Part shown: in pieces, positions 55,734-64,000 of the stretch | Layout: every line of letters begins with the position of its first letter | Numbering within the stretch: position 1 is the stretch's first letter | Source of the DNA: an uncultured Candidatus Saccharibacteria bacterium | Lineage (GTDB): Bacteria > Patescibacteriota > Minisyncoccia > Phycocordibacterales > UBA5272 | Length of the DNA: 64,000 nucleotides | Direction of reading: 5' to 3' | NCBI GenBank assembly: GCA_964457775.1 | Contig: CAYWEW010000002.1 | Location: 44,335 to 108,334 of the forward strand | Program-made: the position numbers and the translations under genes | The notes under the pieces: model-generated | The model's input: the letters and a program-made list of their open reading frames with translations, nothing else | Told to the model about the DNA's origin: nothing | Databases searched by the model: none

Positions 55734-57458
55734 TTATTTCTTTTTTGAAACCTTTTTACTTTGTTTCATTTCTTTAGTATCAGTTTTTGTATTTTCCTGT
55801 AATAGCATGTCAGGTGGTGGAGCAATACGAACAAGCTCCTCAACAGTAGTTAACCCGCTCTTTACTTTATCAACCCCATCTTCAAATACAGAACGTGAAC
55901 CCTCCTTTCGTGCTAGTATCCAAATTTCCTGAGCTGAAGGTCTTTTAACAAGAAGTTCTTGAAGATTAGGTGTAATTTTAATTACTTCATAAATAGATGT
56001 ACGGCCTTTATACCCTGTGAATCCGCAAGCTTCACATTTCTTACCTTCATAAAGAGTTATACTTTTACCATTATTAAAATACTTTGCCACACCTTTTAAC
56101 TGTGGAGTATCAAAATCGGCAGAAGTTTTTACTACACTGTGTTTACAATGATCACAAATCTTACGAACAAGACGCTGAGCAATAATCAAATTCATTGTCG
56201 AAGAAAGTAAGAATGGCTCAATACCCATATCAAGTAAACGTGGAACTGCAGTTGCTGCATCATTCGCGTGGAACGTTGAAAGTAGCATATGACCAGTAAG
56301 AGCAGCATTCACTGAAATTTCTGCAGTTTCAAGGTCACGAATTTCTCCAACTAGAATAATATCTGGGTCCTGGCGCACAATAGCACGAAGACCTCGGGCA
56401 AAAGTAAGTCCAGTTATCATATTCACTTGTATCTGATTTAATCCCTGCACTTTATACTCTACTGGATCTTCAATGGTTGTGATATTTGTATCTGGAGTAT
56501 TCAACATTTTAAGCAAAGAATATAGAGTAGTAGTTTTACCGGAACCTGTTGGACCTACTACGAGTATCATACCGAATGGCTTATCTGCAGCTTCACGTAG
56601 AAGTTCTTGGTTCTTTTGAGTAAGACCAAGGTCATTAAAAGTAAGACCTTGTACATAAGAACCAAGAACTCGAAGTACTACCTTTTCCCCTTCCACAATA
56701 GGAATAACCGAAGTACGCATGTCGACTGCAACCCCTTTGTGTTCATAATGAAGCGAACCATCTTGAGCTGCATAATGCTCATCAATACGAAGTGCACTCT
56801 TTACCTTTATTCTATTTAGAACATTTTCATAATATTCTTTTGGTAATCTTCCCGCTTCATGAAGCACACCATCCACACGAAAACGAATCACAACAGTGAC
56901 AGCTTGCGGCTCAAAGTGAATGTCAGATGCTTTGTAGGTAATTGCATCATCAAATATTTCTTCGAGAATCTCTGGGGCAACCCTCTCGCTTTCTTCAATA
57001 ATTTTTGAGAAGCGCGTATCAAGTGGCTTTTCATAATTAATAAACATACTTTCGATGTCTTCTGCCAGTGAGTATGTAATATTTATTTTTTTACCGGTAA
57101 AAAGAGTTTTCATCTCCTTTTCCAAACCTTCAGTTGTTGGATTATCAGTTGTTACTGTAATTTCTTTCTCTCCATCAATAAAAAGAACTACTCGTAACTT
57201 CTTGGCTGTTTCTTCTGGAATTTTTCTAACTTGGTCAGCGGTAATTGCGGCGGAGTTAAGATCAGAATATGGAACTTTATAGGATTCTGCTATAGCTTGT
57301 CCAACGATGTCATTATTAACTACCCCATCACGCAAAAGCGCATCGACAAAAGTTACTCCACCTGCTTTCACAAGTGCGTCTGCTTTTTTTACATCTTCAT
57401 CGCTAATATAACTTCCAGCAACGAGAATTTCCTTAATATTTTTATTATCAATCTTCAT
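55734..57458 (-). CDS. pilB: type IV pilus assembly ATPase PilB (GspE family)
   Basis: Walker A GPTGSGKTTTLYS, Asp box, Walker B (IILVGEIRD), His box, and a tetracysteine motif (C...C...C..C). Confidence 0.92.
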   Translation of the reverse strand: MKIDNKNIKEILVAGSYISDEDVKKADALVKAGGVTFVDALLRDGVVNNDIVGQAIAESYKVPYSDLNSAAITADQVRKIPEETAKKLRVVLFIDGEKEITVTTDNPTTEGLEKEMKTLFTGKKINITYSLAEDIESMFINYEKPLDTRFSKIIEESERVAPEILEEIFDDAITYKASDIHFEPQAVTVVIRFRVDGVLHEAGRLPKEYYENVLNRIKVKSALRIDEHYAAQDGSLHYEHKGVAVDMRTSVIPIVEGEKVVLRVLGSYVQGLTFNDLGLTQKNQELLREAADKPFGMILVVGPTGSGKTTTLYSLLKMLNTPDTNITTIEDPVEYKVQGLNQIQVNMITGLTFARGLRAIVRQDPDIILVGEIRDLETAEISVNAALTGHMLLSTFHANDAATAVPRLLDMGIEPFLLSSTMNLIIAQRLVRKICDHCKHSVVKTSADFDTPQLKGVAKYFNNGKSITLYEGKKCEACGFTGYKGRTSIYEVIKITPNLQELLVKRPSAQEIWILARKEGSRSVFEDGVDKVKSGLTTVEELVRIAPPPDMLLQENTKTDTKEMKQSKKVSKKK

Positions 57459-57519
57459 GCTTATATACCATGAAGTATATCATTACATGGTGATTAATTT
57501 ATTTACTTATTCACTTTCT

Positions 57520-57891
57520 TTATATCTTCTTCTTCACTCCTTCTACGATTTCTGAGAGTGTGCTGTTTGATTTCACAAAAAAATCTACTGCACCTAAATC
57601 AAATGCTCTTTTCTTGTCTTCCTCTTGATTAAGATTGGTCATTACAATAACAGGAACTTTTATTTTTTTATTTTTTACAGCCTCAAGTAGACCAAATCCA
57701 TCCATGCCAGGCATAATCAAATCCGATAGTACGAGATCAAACTTTTCTTTTTCTAAAATCGAAATACCTAATTCGCCGTTGTCAGTGGTAACAACTTCAA
57801 AGCCTTCATGAGTTAACTTGAGCTCAAGAGCGTGTGCAAGTGGCTTTTCATCTTCTAGTATTAAAATTTTCTTTTTTGTCGTTTCTTTCAT
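57520..57891 (-). CDS. stand-alone response regulator receiver (CheY-like)
   Basis: ILILEDE ... phospho-acceptor DLVLSDLIMPGMDG ... conserved K. 123 aa. Confidence 0.85.
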   Translation of the reverse strand: MKETTKKKILILEDEKPLAHALELKLTHEGFEVVTTDNGELGISILEKEKFDLVLSDLIMPGMDGFGLLEAVKNKKIKVPVIVMTNLNQEEDKKRAFDLGAVDFFVKSNSTLSEIVEGVKKKI

Positions 57892-57990
57892 GTATAATAC
57901 CCTCGATTAATCCATGTTATGAGTGTACAACAAACTGACCAAAAAGACTATATACATTAAGGAAAATCGGCTATTTAAACAAAATATTTC

Positions 57991-58425
57991 TTATGAAACA
58001 AGAAATATAACTGCTGACATAATCCCCATTACACAAATATAATAACCAGAATTAACAAGAAACTTTAACTGGGGTTTCATGCTGAAATGATTTTCTTTTA
58101 ATGAATACACCATTTCTATAAAACTAGTCGTAACAACAAACCCAAAAGATAATAATACACCAAGACTAATAGCGACTTTAAGTGAACTAATTTGTAATAA
58201 ATCAAACATAATAGCCAATACTGACGCGATAGAACCATGAGCAATCAAGGAGTACAGATTGATTTGCGCCATATATAACTTAGAACGTTTAGGTAAATCA
58301 TTTTTTGAAAGACCTTGTCCCTTTAACCACGCGTTAACAAAAAGAAATGGAGAATACCAGACTGCACCGAACATAAATCCAATAATTGAAGCTAAAACAA
58401 TTGTTGTTGATGTTAAATATTCCAT
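57991..58425 (-). CDS. hypothetical polytopic membrane protein
   Basis: Four predicted TM helices. Start chosen at MEYLTSTTIV. The ORF track extends to 58494. Confidence 0.4.
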   Translation of the reverse strand: MEYLTSTTIVLASIIGFMFGAVWYSPFLFVNAWLKGQGLSKNDLPKRSKLYMAQINLYSLIAHGSIASVLAIMFDLLQISSLKVAISLGVLLSFGFVVTTSFIEMVYSLKENHFSMKPQLKFLVNSGYYICVMGIMSAVIFLVS

Positions 58426-58546
58426 ATAATTAAGTATATCAGAACGTGTGTGGTAGGTGGTAGAAATTATAAAGCAGAAGAATTTGCTTCGCAAATTCTT
58501 CTGCTTTACCTAACGAATAATACTCTAACTTCCTAACTGTTATTTA

Positions 58547-59062
58547 TTACTTATTAATGAATGCAACCAATTCATCAACATTAAATCCTTCTAACTTGTT
58601 CTTTGTTCTCCCTCCAAAATTAATAGTTGAAACAGTTTCAATCCCTACGAATCCAAGTATGGTTTTCTCTGCAAGATAATGAATTGCCTTCAACTGATCA
58701 ACATAATACTCATTTGGGTGTCCTGATGTAGTTATTATTTTTGCTTTTTTCCCTGTAAGTAGTGCCTTAGGCATTCCTTCTGTAGTGTATTCATATGCAT
58801 AACCATAAGTAAGAACACTATCTACTGTTTTCTTGAAAATATTTGGATACGACCCCCACTGTACTGGGTAAGTAAAATATACAAAATCTGCCTTCTTTAA
58901 TTCATCTTGGTAATTTTTTATATCCACCTCTCCAAACTTTGCATCAACCCCTGATAATATAAAAATATTATCACCCTTTGTTGTATGCTCTTTTTTAATA
59001 GTATCCACTATTAAATTATTATTAGAACCTTCTTCCCCATTTGCCCAGATAAATATATTCAT
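58547..59062 (-). CDS. flavodoxin-like fold NAD(P)H-dependent oxidoreductase
   Basis: Resembles NAD(P)H dehydrogenase (quinone) / FMN-reductase fold proteins (IFIWANGEEGS...FVYFTYPVQWGSYP). 171 aa. Confidence 0.55.
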   Translation of the reverse strand: MNIFIWANGEEGSNNNLIVDTIKKEHTTKGDNIFILSGVDAKFGEVDIKNYQDELKKADFVYFTYPVQWGSYPNIFKKTVDSVLTYGYAYEYTTEGMPKALLTGKKAKIITTSGHPNEYYVDQLKAIHYLAEKTILGFVGIETVSTINFGGRTKNKLEGFNVDELVAFINK

Positions 59063-59275
59063 GATGTTTTATACTTTATATTAGGACTTACTCACTTAGA
59101 TGAGATTCGCGGAGAAACTAATATTTTATAGAAGGTGTACTTAGTAGTACAGCGACGATAAAATATGGAGTTTCGACAAAGAAGATCGCTAAGTGTGTAG
59201 TCCTAATTTACTTTACTAATAAGAGTAGTATATTCTAAATACTTTACTTTGTAAAGTAGATAAAAATCATTAAAT

Positions 59276-59602
59276 ATGCTACATTTTATGTATAGAAATA
59301 TGACACCTCACACTGTACAAGAAAATATCCCAAGAGAATGCCCAATACAGCACCTTGTTCGTATTTTGTCTGATGCGTGGACCATTCTCATACTTCGAGA
59401 CTTACTCATTGAGCCTAGACGTTTCTGTGAACTAGAAAGATCTCTAGAAGGAATAAGTACTAGGACCCTTACTCTAAAATTACAAAAATTAACAGAAGAA
59501 GGTGTTGTGGAGCATAACGACCATTACTATTCCCTTACCAAACAAGGCAAAAAGTTACAGCCAATTATTAATGAGATTGAAAAAGTTGGGAAGAAATTCT
59601 AA
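59276..59602 (+). CDS. HxlR-family winged-helix transcriptional regulator
   Basis: CPIQHLVRILSDAWTILILRDLL...RFCELERSLEGISTRTLTLKLQKLTEEGVV, typical of HxlR/MarR-like proteins. Confidence 0.75.
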   Translation: MLHFMYRNMTPHTVQENIPRECPIQHLVRILSDAWTILILRDLLIEPRRFCELERSLEGISTRTLTLKLQKLTEEGVVEHNDHYYSLTKQGKKLQPIINEIEKVGKKF

Positions 59603-59639
59603 AGTATTCTAACCTACCCTTCTGTGGTAGTGTTATGGT

Positions 59640-60182
59640 ATGACTTACGATGAGGAATTCTTAAAAAATACAATAAAAGGATATACAAAAGTGCTTTATA
59701 ACTTCATTAGACGTTTTGGGTTTAATAATGAAGAAGCAGAGGATATTCTACAAGATGTCTTTATAAAAGTTTGGAAATATGAGGGCACTTTTGATGGGAC
59801 AAAATCATCGATAAAAACTTGGCTTTATAGAATTGCAAGAAACACAATTTATGATGCACTACGCAAGAAAAAAGTTGCAATAAATATTATAAGTATTGAT
59901 GAACAAAATAGTAATGGAAATAAAAGTGATGTAGAAGATATTTCTCAAGACATTATAACTGTACTTGAAAATCTCCAAACAAAAAGTGATATTATTGATG
60001 CGATTAATACTCTTTCTGTTGAAGAAAAAAGTATCCTACTTCTCCATGTTGAAGAAAGTATGACTTTTAATGAAATTGGTGTCATTTTTGATTTACAAAT
60101 GAATACTGTAAAAAGTAAATATAGACGTTCTTTACTCAAATTACATAGTGTTTTGGAAAATATGCACCAAAATAAAATTTAA
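59640..60182 (+). CDS. ECF-type RNA polymerase sigma factor (sigma-70 regions 2 and 4)
   Basis: Region 2 (EDILQDVFIKVWKY, TWLYRIARNTIYDALR) and region 4 (LSVEEKSILLLHVEESMTFNEIGVIFDLQMNTVKSKYRRSLLKL). Confidence 0.85.
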   Translation: MTYDEEFLKNTIKGYTKVLYNFIRRFGFNNEEAEDILQDVFIKVWKYEGTFDGTKSSIKTWLYRIARNTIYDALRKKKVAINIISIDEQNSNGNKSDVEDISQDIITVLENLQTKSDIIDAINTLSVEEKSILLLHVEESMTFNEIGVIFDLQMNTVKSKYRRSLLKLHSVLENMHQNKI

Positions 60183-60197
60183 TACGTATACAACTAT

Positions 60198-60605
60198 ATG
60201 CAAACTAAATTGCAAAAATTATTAAATGAATCACGATTTACTCCTCATACTGATTTAGAAAATACCCTTTTTGTAAATGTACAAAAAAAGATACGTATAA
60301 TCATGAGAATAAAGCTTGCTTCCTATTTCACAATAGGAATACTTTCTAGCATTTCTCTTGTTTTTTATCTAAATGCTCTTTATGTTGATTTGAGTAATTC
60401 TGGTGCATATAATTATCTCCATTTAATTGTAGGAGAAGACGTAAATACTCTTTTACTAATATCAAAAGAAATGCTCTATGCCATTTTAGAATCAATACCT
60501 ATGATGAGTATTACATTATCTCTTGGGCTATTATTTATGGTTATGATTTCAATTAATGGTGTACTCGTATCGTTGCAACGTAAGTTTATCTACAACAAAT
60601 ATTAA
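60198..60605 (+). CDS. putative membrane anti-sigma factor (135 aa)
   Basis: Directly downstream of the ECF sigma gene. Two TM helices. Assigned by position and topology only. Confidence 0.4.
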   Translation: MQTKLQKLLNESRFTPHTDLENTLFVNVQKKIRIIMRIKLASYFTIGILSSISLVFYLNALYVDLSNSGAYNYLHLIVGEDVNTLLLISKEMLYAILESIPMMSITLSLGLLFMVMISINGVLVSLQRKFIYNKY

Positions 60606-60624
60606 CTATTTAAATATATTATTT

Positions 60625-61125
60625 ATGAAAGAAAAAATTAAAGTGCTTTATGCGCACAAAGGATTACGTTTGTGGATTTATATTATTGGTGGACTTTTTG
60701 TTCTCTGTGTAACATTTCAATTGGGTGTCTTAACTGGGTATCATAAAGCATCCTATGCTCGCGACTGGGGAGACCATTATGGAAATAATTTTGGCATGGA
60801 AAGACCAGAATCATTTAGGGGGATGATGCGTGGTGGTCTACCTATTGGGCACGGCGCAACAGGAAAGGTCCTCACAGTAACTCTTCCAACATTTATTATC
60901 GAAGATAGGGATGGAACTGAAAAAACAATCATAGTTAGCTCTACAACAATTATAAAATCTGCCATGCAAATTACTTCATCTACATCAATTACACCTAATG
61001 CTCTAGTGGTTGTTATTGGTCAACCAAATAAAGATGGTCAAATAGAAGCTAAACTTATTCGTCTCATGCCCACATCTTTTGGAACATCAACCAATTCTAT
61101 GATGCGAGGAATGATGCGACGATAA
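60625..61125 (+). CDS. membrane-anchored hypothetical protein
   Basis: MKEKIKVLYAHKGLRLWIYIIGGLFVLCV TM anchor followed by a Thr/Ser-rich exported domain. The ORF track starts at 60556, overlapping the previous gene. Confidence 0.45.
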   Translation: MKEKIKVLYAHKGLRLWIYIIGGLFVLCVTFQLGVLTGYHKASYARDWGDHYGNNFGMERPESFRGMMRGGLPIGHGATGKVLTVTLPTFIIEDRDGTEKTIIVSSTTIIKSAMQITSSTSITPNALVVVIGQPNKDGQIEAKLIRLMPTSFGTSTNSMMRGMMRR

Positions 61126-62949
61126 TTGATTATTATGAAAGACACATTAATCAACTTCTTGAAAAAAATATATGAGAAGTCTAAAGAACACAAAATAATT
61201 TCAACAGTTGTTATAGTAATTCTTTTAGGAGGGGGGTATTATTATTACTCCAAACAAGGAACAGCAACAGTGAGTTATCAATATACAACAGTAAAAAGAG
61301 GTTCTCTTACCTCTATAGTTTCTAGTACTGGCCAAGTTATTTCAAACAGTCAAGTTGATTTGAAACCAAAAGTAAACGCTAACGTTACAGGAGTTTATGT
61401 TAGAGCTGGAGATAGAGTAAAAGTTGGCCAAGTACTATTTAGACTTGATGCAACGAATGCCTATAAACAAGTTCGTGATGCAAAAACATCACTAGAGGCG
61501 GCAAATATTGCACTTGAAAAATTACGAAACCCAAAAGCCGTTGATGTAATGGCATTAGAAAATTCTATCAAACAAGAAGAAGACTCAAAGAAAACACAAG
61601 ATACAAAAGTAGTAACAGCATACAAAAACTTGCTTAGTTCAGGATTACAATTAATTCCAGACAGTTCTTACACAACCGAAACAGCTCCGACAATATCTGG
61701 TAGTTATATAAAAACTGATGAGGGTCAAATAAAATTAAATGTATATCAAGGTGGAGTAAGCGGTTACACATTTAGTGCTAATGGATTAATAACTGGCGGT
61801 GGTCAAGCAAATACCCTTGTTGCTCAACCGCTCGGTGATACGGGTTTATATATTAAATGGAATAGTGATGCCCCACAAACAAATTGGATACTAAACATTC
61901 CAAACAAACAATCAACAAGTTATTCATCGAATTATGACGCTTGGCAAAATGCGATAACAAATAGAGACATAGCAAACTCAGCATCTGATAGAAACATTGA
62001 TAGTTATAAACAAAAATTATCTGACCTAAGACCAAGTGATGACAACGTTGATGTAAGAAGTGCGAAGCTTACTGTAGAGCAAAGACAAAATGCACTATAT
62101 GATGCACAACAATCACTTTCTGATTATGTTATAACCGCCCCTTTTAATGGTGTAATGGCAAATGTTTCGGTTGATATTGGAGCTTCTGCTGTAATGGCGT
62201 CCGCAAATAGTAGCTCTGCATTAGGCACAATTGTTACTGACAAAAAATTAGCACAAGTAACTTTAAATGAAACAGATATTGTAAAAGTTAAATTAGGACA
62301 AAAAGCAACAATGACTTTTGACGCAATAGATGGACTTGAAGTAGAGGGTGATGTTGTAGAAATAAATACATTAGGTACAGTTACCTCTGGTGTTGTTACA
62401 TATAAAGCAAAACTTGCTTTCAATACTGATGATCCAAGAATACTTCCGAATATGAGTGTGTCTGTTGATATTACAACTGACAGTAAGGATAACATTCTTT
62501 ATGTACCTATTCAGTCAGTTAAACATGATAGTAATGGTTACTATGCAGAAAAGGATGACTCGACTTCGTCCCCCACTGCGTCATCATCTAGGCGATTTGC
62601 AAATGCATCATCGACAGGAATGTATACGAGGTCTGCAACAAGTACAAACTATGCATCAGGAACACGTAAGAAAATGGGTAATGGTTCATCATCTTACCAA
62701 AGAAATGGGACTACAAATAACACAACATCAGTAACAACAAATACAACAGTTACGCGTATACCAGTAACAATCGGAACTCAAAACGACACTCAAATAGAAA
62801 TAACAGGTGGGTTACTAGAGGGTGAAAAAATAATTCTTAAAAAAGTAACGGCTTCGCTATCAACCACTTCAGCAGGAGCACCATCAATTACTTCACTCTT
62901 TAGAGCACAAGGAGGAAATAGAACAAGTGGTGGATTAAGACCACAATAA
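61126..62949 (+). CDS. efflux transporter periplasmic adaptor (membrane fusion protein, HlyD/MacA family) with Ser/Thr-rich insert
   Basis: N-terminal TM helix, biotin-lipoyl-like hairpin (VKVGQVLFRLD), coiled coil, and beta-barrel (EVEGDVVEIN...VTYKAKLAF). Confidence 0.75.
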   Translation: MIIMKDTLINFLKKIYEKSKEHKIISTVVIVILLGGGYYYYSKQGTATVSYQYTTVKRGSLTSIVSSTGQVISNSQVDLKPKVNANVTGVYVRAGDRVKVGQVLFRLDATNAYKQVRDAKTSLEAANIALEKLRNPKAVDVMALENSIKQEEDSKKTQDTKVVTAYKNLLSSGLQLIPDSSYTTETAPTISGSYIKTDEGQIKLNVYQGGVSGYTFSANGLITGGGQANTLVAQPLGDTGLYIKWNSDAPQTNWILNIPNKQSTSYSSNYDAWQNAITNRDIANSASDRNIDSYKQKLSDLRPSDDNVDVRSAKLTVEQRQNALYDAQQSLSDYVITAPFNGVMANVSVDIGASAVMASANSSSALGTIVTDKKLAQVTLNETDIVKVKLGQKATMTFDAIDGLEVEGDVVEINTLGTVTSGVVTYKAKLAFNTDDPRILPNMSVSVDITTDSKDNILYVPIQSVKHDSNGYYAEKDDSTSSPTASSSRRFANASSTGMYTRSATSTNYASGTRKKMGNGSSSYQRNGTTNNTTSVTTNTTVTRIPVTIGTQNDTQIEITGGLLEGEKIILKKVTASLSTTSAGAPSITSLFRAQGGNRTSGGLRPQ

Positions 62950-62953
62950 TATT

Positions 62954-63619
62954 ATGATTGAATGCAAAGGACTTACAAAAGATTATATAGATGGAGATAA
63001 TATAACTAATGTATTGAAAGGCGTATCCTTTCATATCAAGAAAGGTGAGTTTGTTGCGATTATGGGTCCTTCTGGTTCAGGCAAATCTACAATCATGAAT
63101 ATACTAGGACTTCTTGATGTCCCAACAAAAGGAATATATTTACTAGATGATAAAGATGTCTCTAAGCTATCTGACGACGAACAAGCATCCATTCGTGCAC
63201 GTAAAATTGGTTTTGTATTCCAATCATTCAATCTACTTCCTCGTGCAACAGTACTTCGTAATGTTATGCTTCCCCTTACCTATTTAGATATGCCTATTAA
63301 AGATAGAGAAGAGAAAGCTAAGCAAGCTCTTACCTCTGCTGGTTTCCCTGAGGAGAGATGGCACAACTTATCCAATCAATTGTCCGGTGGCCAAATACAG
63401 CGTGTGGCGATTGCTCGTGCTCTTGTGAATGACCCGAGTATTATTCTTGCTGATGAACCAACTGGAAACCTAGATACGAAGACTGGTGAAATTGTATTAA
63501 ACACTTTCAAAAAATTAAACAAGGAAGAAGGTCGAACTATCATTCTTATCACCCATGAACCAGATGTAGCTAAGCACGCTGATAGAACTATTCATGTGAG
63601 AGATGGAAATATAATCTAA
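62954..63619 (+). CDS. ABC transporter ATP-binding protein (MacB/LolD family)
   Basis: Walker A GPSGSGKST, Q-loop, signature LSGGQIQRVAIARA, Walker B ILADEPTGNLD. Confidence 0.9.
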   Translation: MIECKGLTKDYIDGDNITNVLKGVSFHIKKGEFVAIMGPSGSGKSTIMNILGLLDVPTKGIYLLDDKDVSKLSDDEQASIRARKIGFVFQSFNLLPRATVLRNVMLPLTYLDMPIKDREEKAKQALTSAGFPEERWHNLSNQLSGGQIQRVAIARALVNDPSIILADEPTGNLDTKTGEIVLNTFKKLNKEEGRTIILITHEPDVAKHADRTIHVRDGNII

Positions 63620-63623
63620 ATAT

Positions 63624-64000
63624 ATGACAATCAAAGACTTACTCGAAGAGACAAGAACGTCGATAACCTCGAATCGTGCGAGAACGGGTCTTACTGTTCT
63701 TGGAATTGTGATTGGTATTGCTTCTGTTATAGTTATGCTTGCTATAGGAAATGGGGCTCAGAGTTCTATTGCCTCATCAATCAATGCACTTGGCTCCAAT
63801 ATCTTAACTATTTCTGGTGGTGGTAATAATAGAACAAGTGGTGTGAGTCAAGGAAGATCTAATCAACAAACACTTACTTTGCTTGATGCTAATGCGATTA
63901 AGGATAAAATTTCTCTAGTCAAAGATGTTTCCCCGGAATTAAACTCTCGTTCACAATTAGTAGCCGAAGGAAATAACACCAATACTTCTATTATTGGAGC
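63624..64000 (+). CDS. ABC transporter permease (FtsX/MacB-like), N-terminal part; continues beyond the window
   Basis: MTIKDLLEETRTSITSNRARTGLTVLGIVIGIASVIVMLAIG N-terminal TM helix typical of MacB-type permeases. Forms an operon with the preceding ATPase. Confidence 0.7.
   Translation, partial: MTIKDLLEETRTSITSNRARTGLTVLGIVIGIASVIVMLAIGNGAQSSIASSINALGSNILTISGGGNNRTSGVSQGRSNQQTLTLLDANAIKDKISLVKDVSPELNSRSQLVAEGNNTNTSIIG

Noticed and set aside
57991-58494. Long N-terminal extension of the membrane protein (MRSKFFCFIISTTYHTRSDILNY...)
   Set aside because: The hydrophobic core starts at MEYLTSTT. The upstream extension has no RBS and is Cys/Phe-rich, so it was trimmed.

Overview
Low-GC window (about 35-40% GC) that reads like a Candidate Phyla Radiation / Patescibacteria genome: short intergenic regions, weak Shine-Dalgarno sequences, tRNA genes without an encoded CCA end, a type IV pilus locus, and families of tiny secreted membrane proteins. 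The taxon is an inference. Gene calls rest on motifs I recognise in the supplied translations.

Housekeeping genes:
- gap, gyrA, rpsA, pth, lepB, hisS, glyQS, rpsU, ybeY, ftsA, ftsZ, trxB, msrAB, rpmG and an NRAMP transporter.
- An anaerobic ribonucleotide reductase operon (nrdD-nrdG) joined to nifS/nifU-like Fe-S assembly genes and an FNR-like flavoprotein.
- Two tRNAs on the minus strand: Trp(CCA) and Ser(CGA).

Accessory content:
- A tandem array of five or more paralogous TrbC/VirB2-like (T4SS-pilin-like) small membrane proteins, next to a Cys-rich double-module paralog and a Gly-rich exported protein (10.7-15.9 kb).
- A complete type IV pilus locus (49.5-57.9 kb): PilB, PilC, two major pilins, four pseudopilins including a 798-aa prepilin-leader adhesin, with a histidine kinase and a CheY-like receiver at the flanks.
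- An ECF sigma/anti-sigma pair followed by a MacAB-like efflux operon at the window edge.

Most unusual observations:
- A sharply GC-rich (about 52%) 0.7-kb island (24.36-25.18 kb) with a consensus sigma70 promoter, a perfect SD, a basic 168-aa ORF and a structured 3' tail.
- A 200-aa protein fusing sigma-70 region 4 to the RNA polymerase alpha C-terminal domain.
- An XRE-HTH::MurA fusion.
- A ~100-nt imperfect palindromic element sitting exactly after the stop codon of three genes, whose stems stay paired despite sequence change.
- A second, MITE-like family with GTCAAAAGTCCATAA terminal inverted repeats.
- Three copies of the mntH promoter plus its first nine codons.
- A tRNA-Ser preceded by a copy of its own 5' half and a hairpin-rich insert.
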